Source: Pseudomonadota bacterium | GTDB taxonomy: Bacteria; Pseudomonadota; Gammaproteobacteria; Burkholderiales; Burkholderiaceae_B | Assembly (NCBI GenBank): GCA_023439305.1 | Contig: JAEXOO010000042.1 | Location: 43,321 to 107,320 of the forward strand | Reading direction: 5' to 3' | Length of the DNA: 64,000 nt | In this document: positions 57,905 through 64,000 of the stretch, piece by piece | Numbering within the stretch: the first letter of the stretch is position 1 | How the letters are laid out: every line of letters starts with the position of its first letter | Position numbers and translations under genes: made by a program | Notes under the pieces: model-generated | What the model saw: the letters and a program-made list of their open reading frames with translations, nothing else | The model's database searches: none | Told to the model about the DNA's origin: nothing

Positions 57905-59068
57905 ATGACCTCGAAACGCCCTGTCCCGCTGAAGATGCTGTTCGCCTCTGTGCTGGGCGCGCTCTTGCTGAGCGCCTGCCAGACTCCGCCGACGGCGCAG
58001 AACGCGGCCCCTGTCCAAACTGCGGCAGCGGCCGGCTCGCAGCCGTCATTCCGCCAGGACATCATCGCCGGCGCCTACGAAGTCCTGGCCGCCCCCGACA
58101 GCAAGCAATTGTTCGTGGCGGCCACGCCGGTTTTCGAAGACCGCACTCCCGGCTACGTCCATGTTCTGGATCAGGACACCTTGCGCGAATCCCAGCGCAT
58201 CCAGTTGCCGCGCCGCGCTTTTGCCCTGGGCCTGAATACGCGCACTCACACCCTGTACATCGGCAATACACTGGACGGCTCACTGACGGCTCTGGACAGC
58301 CGCAACGGCGCCATCAAGCACACCATCCAACTGGGCAAGGCCACACCCAAGGGCGGCTACGAGCACACCCGCAAGGTCATCGTGGATGAGCAGGACAACC
58401 GCATCTTCGTCACGAACCCCTCCGAGCCAGGCCGCGTCTGGATTGTGGACGGCGCGCAAGGCCGCCTAGTGCACAACATCGCCAATGTGGGCATGTGGCC
58501 AGCCGGCGCTGCCTACGACTCGAAAACCAAGCGCCTGTACGTAGGCCAAGGCGGAAAAGACGAAATCGCCGTCATCAACCCTGCATCGGGCACTGTTGAG
58601 CAGCGATTCAGCACCGGTGACGCCGTAGGCGCCAAACGCGAGGATTCGCGCCACTTCTTCGTCAATATCGCCCTGAACAGCGATGGCCAGAAGCTCTACG
58701 CCGCCGACGCCAACACCGGCAAGCTCTATGTATTCGACACCACCAGCGGCAAGGTACTCAATACCGTGGAAATCGGCCTGGGACTGCTGGACGTGGTCTA
58801 CAACCCCGCGCGCCAGGAGATTGTACTGACCAACCGCGGCGTGGATCGCGAGCATCCAGACGGCGTTGGCGCCGTTACCATCGTGGATGCCAACAGCCTG
58901 GCCATCAAGCAGCGTATTGACGCTCCTGTACACCCGAACAGCCTGTCGCTGAGCGCCGACGGCCAAACCTTGTTCGTCACGATCAAGGCGCCCCATGGCG
59001 ATAAGCACGCCGACGCCCGCAAGGGCGCGCTGGACAGCGTGCTGCGTATTGATCTGAAGCAGGTCTAG
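57905..59068 (+). CDS. YncE-like beta-propeller lipoprotein
   Basis: Lipobox LLLSAC. Repeated LYV/LFV...D...G..V propeller blades. ATG at 57905 follows AAGGA. Confidence 0.8.
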   Translation: MTSKRPVPLKMLFASVLGALLLSACQTPPTAQNAAPVQTAAAAGSQPSFRQDIIAGAYEVLAAPDSKQLFVAATPVFEDRTPGYVHVLDQDTLRESQRIQLPRRAFALGLNTRTHTLYIGNTLDGSLTALDSRNGAIKHTIQLGKATPKGGYEHTRKVIVDEQDNRIFVTNPSEPGRVWIVDGAQGRLVHNIANVGMWPAGAAYDSKTKRLYVGQGGKDEIAVINPASGTVEQRFSTGDAVGAKREDSRHFFVNIALNSDGQKLYAADANTGKLYVFDTTSGKVLNTVEIGLGLLDVVYNPARQEIVLTNRGVDREHPDGVGAVTIVDANSLAIKQRIDAPVHPNSLSLSADGQTLFVTIKAPHGDKHADARKGALDSVLRIDLKQV

Positions 59069-59152
59069 AACCTGTTGCGCCACTGCTGCACTGGCCCATG
59101 CCCTGCGGCAAGGCAATGTCTCGATACCGGGGGCAACACAAACCCGCAAGAT

Positions 59153-59191
59153 AAAAAAATCCCCCTGCCGCTTCTGCGACAGGGGGATTTT
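59153..59191. terminator. Bidirectional terminator between yncE-like and ilvD
   Basis: AATCCCCCTG pairs with CAGGGGGATT across a 12-nt loop, flanked by A7 and T4. Confidence 0.7.
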
Positions 59192-59208
59192 CTATCGGAC
59201 GGTCTGGC

Positions 59209-61068
59209 TTAACGATCCAGTTGCGACACGTCGCGCACAGCGCCGCGGTCAGCGGATGTAGCCAGAGCGGCATAGGCTTTCAGAGCCTGCGACACGACGC
59301 GTTCACGATTGACCGGCTTCCAGGCCTTGGCGCCACGCGACTGCATTTCAGCACGGCGAGCATCCATTTCCTGGTCGGAGATGGCCAGGTGAATGCGGCG
59401 GTTGGGGATATCGATCTCGATGGTGTCGCCATCCTGCACCAGGGCGATGTTGCCGCCCTCGGCCGCTTCGGGCGAAGCGTGGCCGATGACCAGACCGGAA
59501 GAGCCGCCGGAGAAACGACCGTCGGTCAGCAGGGCCGAGCTTTTGCCCAGGCCCATGGACTTCAGGTAGGACGTGGGGTAGAGCATTTCCTGCATGCCGG
59601 GGCCACCTTTGGGGCCTTCGTAGCGGATGATGACCACATCGCCAGCCTTAACTTCGCCGCCCAGAATGGCAGCCACGGAATCGTCCTGACTTTCGTAGAC
59701 GCGCGCCGTGCCGGTAAAGGTCAGGATGCTTTCGTCCACGCCCGCCGTCTTGACGACGCAGCCGTTGACGGCCAGGTTGCCGTACAGCACGGCCAGACCG
59801 CCGTCCTGCGAATAGGCATTGGCCTTGTCGCGGATACAACCGCCGGCGCGATCCGTGTCCAGGGTTTCGTAATAGCGATCCTGACTGAATGCCACTTGAG
59901 TGGGGATGCCGCCGGGGGCCGCACGATAGAAGTCGCTGACCGCCTTGACGTTATCGCCTTTGACATCCCAGCGCGTGATGGCTTCGCGCAGTGTGCCGCT
60001 GTGCACGTTACCCACGTCCAGATTCAGCAGATCAGCGCGTCCCAGCTCGGCCAGGATGGCAATGATGCCGCCGGCGCGGTGGACATCTTCCATGTGGTAC
60101 TCGGGGGTGGCGGGCGCCACCTTGCACAGGCAGGGAACGCGGCGCGAGATGCGGTCGATATCGGCCAGGGTGAAATCCACGCCGGCTTCCTGGGCGGCAG
60201 CCAAAAGGTGCAGCACCGTGTTGGTGGAGCCACCCATGGCCACGTCCAGGGTCATGGCGTTTTCGAAGGCGCTGAAATTGGCGATGCTGCGCGGCAGAAC
60301 GGATTCGTCGTCTTGCTCGTAGTAGCGCTTGGCCAGATCCACGATCAGGCTGCCGGCGCGCTCGAACAGACCGCGGCGGCGGGCGTGCGTAGCCACGATG
60401 GAGCCGTTGCCGGGCAGGGACAGGCCCAGCGCCTCGGTCAGGCAGTTCATGGAGTTGGCGGTGAACATGCCCGAGCAGGAGCCACAGGTCGGACAGGCGC
60501 TGCGCTCGACGCTTTCAGCCTGTTCGTCGGAGATATTGGGATCGGCCGCCTGGATCATGGCATCCACCAGGTCCAGCTTCTGAACCACGGTCTTGCCGTC
60601 GGGCGAATAGACCTTGCCTGCTTCCATGGGGCCGCCGGAGACAAACACCACGGGGATGTTCAGCCGCAACGCGGCCATCAGCATGCCGGGGGTGATCTTG
60701 TCGCAATTGGAAATGCACACCATGGCGTCGGCGCAATGCGCATTGACCATGTATTCGACCGAGTCGGCGATGAGTTCGCGCGAGGGCAGCGAATACAGCA
60801 TGCCGCCGTGGCCCATCGCGATGCCGTCATCCACGGCGATGGTGTTGAATTCCTTGGCCACGCCGCCGGCGGCTTCGATCTGGCGAGCGACCAGCTGCCC
60901 CATGTCCTTCAGGTGCACGTGGCCCGGCACGAATTGAGTGAACGAATTCACCACCGCAATGATGGGTTTGGAGAAATCGTCGTCTTTCATACCGGTGGCG
61001 CGCCACAGGGCACGCGCGCCGGCCATGTTGCGACCGTGGGTCGACGTACGGGAGCGATATTGAGGCAT
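59209..61068 (-). CDS. ilvD: Dihydroxy-acid dehydratase
   Basis: 619 aa. Motifs [37 protein letters not shown] and SGGSSG are present. Confidence 0.95.
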   Translation of the reverse strand: MPQYRSRTSTHGRNMAGARALWRATGMKDDDFSKPIIAVVNSFTQFVPGHVHLKDMGQLVARQIEAAGGVAKEFNTIAVDDGIAMGHGGMLYSLPSRELIADSVEYMVNAHCADAMVCISNCDKITPGMLMAALRLNIPVVFVSGGPMEAGKVYSPDGKTVVQKLDLVDAMIQAADPNISDEQAESVERSACPTCGSCSGMFTANSMNCLTEALGLSLPGNGSIVATHARRRGLFERAGSLIVDLAKRYYEQDDESVLPRSIANFSAFENAMTLDVAMGGSTNTVLHLLAAAQEAGVDFTLADIDRISRRVPCLCKVAPATPEYHMEDVHRAGGIIAILAELGRADLLNLDVGNVHSGTLREAITRWDVKGDNVKAVSDFYRAAPGGIPTQVAFSQDRYYETLDTDRAGGCIRDKANAYSQDGGLAVLYGNLAVNGCVVKTAGVDESILTFTGTARVYESQDDSVAAILGGEVKAGDVVIIRYEGPKGGPGMQEMLYPTSYLKSMGLGKSSALLTDGRFSGGSSGLVIGHASPEAAEGGNIALVQDGDTIEIDIPNRRIHLAISDQEMDARRAEMQSRGAKAWKPVNRERVVSQALKAYAALATSADRGAVRDVSQLDR

Positions 61069-61233
61069 TACTGATCTCTGGGCAAAAAAACTGTGTAAAG
61101 ATGTCTATGATAATCGTCCGGAGACGCTTTGTGCGCGCCGGGGGCTTGTGACCATCATACTGCTCCTCGTATCCCAACGCCCGTCTCCAGCCCGTATGCT
61201 GCAAAAACATCAACTGACCACAGGAGACGTATC

Positions 61234-64000
61234 ATGCCGCAGGCCGCGCCTGACCTTTCCAACCTGCTCCGCCAGGACATCCGCTTTCTGGGCAAGGCCC
61301 TGGGCGAAGTCATCCGAGACAGCGAGGGAAAGGCCACCTTCACTCTGATCGAGGCCTTGCGCCGGGCCGCCGTCGGCTTTCGGCGCGAACACGATCCGCG
61401 GCAGGCCCGCATCCTGGAGCACGACATCCCATCGCTGAGCGATACCCAGGCGCGCTCAGTAGCGCGAGCCTTCGCATATTTCCTGCACCTGTCCAACATC
61501 GCCGAAGACCGCGACCAGAACCGGCGTCGCCTGGAGCACAGCCCGGAACAATTGCCCGGCAGCCTGGAGCACGCCATCCAGACGCTGATGGACGAAGGCC
61601 TGAGCGCGCGCAAAATCCGCCGCTACCTGCAGCAAGCCTGCGTCATGCCGGTTCTGACGGCTCACCCCACTGAAGTACAGCGCCAGAGCACGCTGGCCGT
61701 GCATATGGCCATTGCCGCCGAACTGCATCGCCTGGACCACGACGCCACCGGCATGCAGGCCGCCCGCATCCAGGAAAAACTGACCGGCCTGGTGTCCCTG
61801 CTGTGGCAGACGCGCATGCTGCGCGAGCACCGGCTGACCGTGCTGGACGAAATCGACAATGCCCTGGCCTATTACGGCTCCACGTTCCTGCCCACCATTC
61901 CGCAGCTCTACAGCGACCTGGACCGGCTGCTGGACAAGCCGCGCAAGAACCTGCTGGATCAGAAGGCCCGCCCCCTGCCCGCTTTCCTGCGCATGGGAAG
62001 CTGGATCGGCGGCGACCGAGACGGCAATCCCAATGTCGGCCCGGAAACCGTGGAGCAGGCCGTGCTGCGGCAATCCACCTGCGTGCTGCGCCATTACCTG
62101 GAGCAGATCCGACTGCTGGGCACGGAAATCTCCGTCTCCGACGGCCTGAGCCGCGTCAGCAAAGATCTGGCCGCCTTGTCGGCCCGCAGCCAGGATCCCT
62201 CGCCCCACCGCCTGGACGAACCCTACCGCCGCAGCTTCATCCATGTCTACGCGCGCCTGGCCAGCACGGCTCAAGGCCTGCTGGGCCGCGAACTGGCCGA
62301 TCGTCCCACCTACGCGGCCGAGCCCTACGCCACCGCGCAAGAATTTGCCGCCGAATTGCAGGTCATCGCCGACTCCCTGGCTGACAACAAGGGCGGCGCG
62401 ATTGCCGGACTGCGCCTGAATGCTTTGATCCAGGCGACCGAGGTATTCGGCTTTCACCTGGCGACCCTGGATCTACGGCAAAGCTCGGACGTGCACGAGC
62501 GCGTGCTGGATGAACTTTTCCGCGTGGCCGGCACCGAGTTCAACGACGAACCCGTCAGTTACCGCCACCTGTCCGAAGAAGACCGTATCACGCTGCTGCG
62601 CTCGGAATTGCGCCATCACAGGCCTTTGGTCTCGCCCTGGTTCCACTACTCGGAGGAAACCGAGAAAGAACTATCCATTCTGCGCAAAGCCGCCGAGTGC
62701 CGTCGCCGCTTCGGTGCACGCGCCATCGAACAGACCATCGTGTCGCACACCGAAACCCTGAGCGATCTGCTGGAAGTACTGGTGCTGCAACAAGAAACCG
62801 GACTGATCGTGCCCGGCTCCAGCCACCCCGACGAGCAAGGCCTGATGGTCGTCCCTCTGTTCGAGACCATACCCGACCTGGAGCGCGGTCCCGAAATCAT
62901 GCAGGAATGGCTGGACATGCCGGAAATCCGCCAACGTGTGCGTCAGGCCCAGGACAGCGTCCAGGAAGTGATGCTGGGCTATTCGGACAGCAACAAAGAC
63001 GGCGGCTACCTGACCTCGAACTGGACGCTGTACCGCGCCGAGCGCGAATTCGCGCAGGTATTCGCGCGCCGCAAGGTGCGCCTGCGCCTGTTCCATGGCC
63101 GCGGCGGTTCGGTAGGCCGTGGAGGCGGTTCCAGCTTCGACGCTATCCTGGCTCAGCCGCCCGGCACCGTGAACGGCCAGATCCGTCTGACAGAACAAGG
63201 TGAAATGATCCAGGGCCGCTACAAGGATGCCGACGTAGGACGCTGGCACCTGGAGCTGTTCGTGGCCGCCACGCTGGAAGCCAGCCTGGGCAGCCGCAGC
63301 CATGGCCGCCCCAGCGACGACGAGCAATTGGCCGCCTACGGCCAGGCCATGGCCTGGATGTCCGAACAGGCCCATCAGAGCTATCGCCAACTGGTCTACG
63401 GCACCGAACACTTCGACCAGTATTTCTTCCAGTCCACGCCCATTCAGGAAATCGCCGGCCTGAACATCGGTTCGCGTCCCTCCTCCCGCAAACCCAATCA
63501 GCGCATCGAAGACCTGCGCGCCATCCCCTGGAGCTTTTCCTGGGCGCAATGCCGTCTGCCCATTCCCGGCTGGTACGGCGTGGGCACGGCGCTGAGCCGT
63601 TACCTGGAATACGGCGTGCCCGACGATACGCTGACGCGTCAGCAACGCCTGGACCAATTGCAACAGATGGCCCGGGACTGGCCCTTCTTCCGCACTCTGC
63701 TGTCCAATATGGAGCAGGTGTTGGCCAAGACGGACCTGGACATTGCCGCCAAGTATGCCGAACTGGTCAAGGACGAGACCTTACGCGAACACGTCTTCAA
63801 GCAGATCCGCCACGAATTCCACCTGACCGTGGAAATGTTCCGCCAGGTCACCGGCCACGAGCTGCTGGCCAAGGACCAAGCCTTGCAGGACGCCCTGGCC
63901 GAACGCTTTGCCTACATCGATCCCTTGAACCACCTCCAGGTCGAGCTCTTGCGCCGCCACCGCAGCCAAAGCGAGAAAGCCCGCAAGACCATACGCAACG
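61234..64000 (+). CDS. ppc: Phosphoenolpyruvate carboxylase, partial; runs off right edge
   Basis: Not in the ORF track because there is no stop in the window. My translation from ATG 61234 (AGGAGA RBS): MPQAAPDLSNLLRQDIRFLGKALGEVIRD.... Signatures VLTAHPTEVQRQS (about 61660) and GSRPSSRK...LRAIPWSFSWAQCR (about 63480) are present. Confidence 0.9.
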   Translation, partial: MPQAAPDLSNLLRQDIRFLGKALGEVIRDSEGKATFTLIEALRRAAVGFRREHDPRQARILEHDIPSLSDTQARSVARAFAYFLHLSNIAEDRDQNRRRLEHSPEQLPGSLEHAIQTLMDEGLSARKIRRYLQQACVMPVLTAHPTEVQRQSTLAVHMAIAAELHRLDHDATGMQAARIQEKLTGLVSLLWQTRMLREHRLTVLDEIDNALAYYGSTFLPTIPQLYSDLDRLLDKPRKNLLDQKARPLPAFLRMGSWIGGDRDGNPNVGPETVEQAVLRQSTCVLRHYLEQIRLLGTEISVSDGLSRVSKDLAALSARSQDPSPHRLDEPYRRSFIHVYARLASTAQGLLGRELADRPTYAAEPYATAQEFAAELQVIADSLADNKGGAIAGLRLNALIQATEVFGFHLATLDLRQSSDVHERVLDELFRVAGTEFNDEPVSYRHLSEEDRITLLRSELRHHRPLVSPWFHYSEETEKELSILRKAAECRRRFGARAIEQTIVSHTETLSDLLEVLVLQQETGLIVPGSSHPDEQGLMVVPLFETIPDLERGPEIMQEWLDMPEIRQRVRQAQDSVQEVMLGYSDSNKDGGYLTSNWTLYRAEREFAQVFARRKVRLRLFHGRGGSVGRGGGSSFDAILAQPPGTVNGQIRLTEQGEMIQGRYKDADVGRWHLELFVAATLEASLGSRSHGRPSDDEQLAAYGQAMAWMSEQAHQSYRQLVYGTEHFDQYFFQSTPIQEIAGLNIGSRPSSRKPNQRIEDLRAIPWSFSWAQCRLPIPGWYGVGTALSRYLEYGVPDDTLTRQQRLDQLQQMARDWPFFRTLLSNMEQVLAKTDLDIAAKYAELVKDETLREHVFKQIRHEFHLTVEMFRQVTGHELLAKDQALQDALAERFAYIDPLNHLQVELLRRHRSQSEKARKTIRN

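Noticed and set aside
1-64000. Search for CRISPR arrays, IS elements or transposases, integrases, prophage genes, rRNA or tRNA genes, and known defence-system signatures (RT, nucleases, STAND/AAA+ ATPases, cyclases).
   Set aside because: None was seen on either strand. Apart from the TA islet, every sizeable ORF is assignable to housekeeping, metabolic or envelope functions.

Overview
GC-rich chromosomal segment. By gene content and synteny it looks betaproteobacterial (Burkholderiales/Alcaligenaceae-like); that is inference, not a search result. It is almost entirely core metabolism, with about 55 protein genes.

Gene content, left to right:
- 1-4.2 kb: a cell-surface polysaccharide module (GT4 initiating transferase, WbpO/TviB-like dehydrogenase, WbpP/TviC-like epimerase, MurJ-type flippase running off the left edge).
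- 5.7-19.2 kb: a long ureide/glyoxylate catabolic region (uraD, allA, NCS2 permease, Tsx-like porin, gcl-hyi-glxR, glycerate kinase, glcG, pyk).
- 19.8-24.7 kb: an atypical cbb3-type oxidase operon.
- osmC-thyA-folA, an omega-aminotransferase, and a dcd-decarboxylase-baiN-gcvH operon.
- tamAB-apbC, then metG.
- A small RelE/HigB-XRE toxin-antitoxin islet.
- rlmD, an mscS-family channel, and CDF-methyltransferase-MerR.
- A second ureide block (allE, allantoin/hydantoin racemase, GntR).
- An SSS transporter operon with a GuaD-type deaminase.
- A Fur-box TonB receptor with a YncE-like lipoprotein.
- ilvD and a 3'-truncated ppc.

I found no CRISPR array, IS element, integrase, rRNA or tRNA, and no clearly new multi-gene defence-type system.

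Most interesting unexplained signals:
1. An orphan minus-strand transcription unit at about 19.39-19.58 kb. It looks like an sRNA displaying a tandem CUCCUCC anti-Shine-Dalgarno motif.
2. A CcoS(FixS)-CcoN fusion in an oxidase operon that also carries SCO, a CtaG-like membrane protein and Coq7.
3. An SSS permease bracketed by two about 42-45 aa single-TM ORFs, next to a guanine-deaminase-like gene and behind a long leader.
4. A class II aldolase and 4-OT tautomerase pair embedded in the ureide genes.
5. A highly structured convergent spacer at 11.0-11.3 kb.

All functional calls come from reading the translated ORFs and recognising family motifs. No database search was run.
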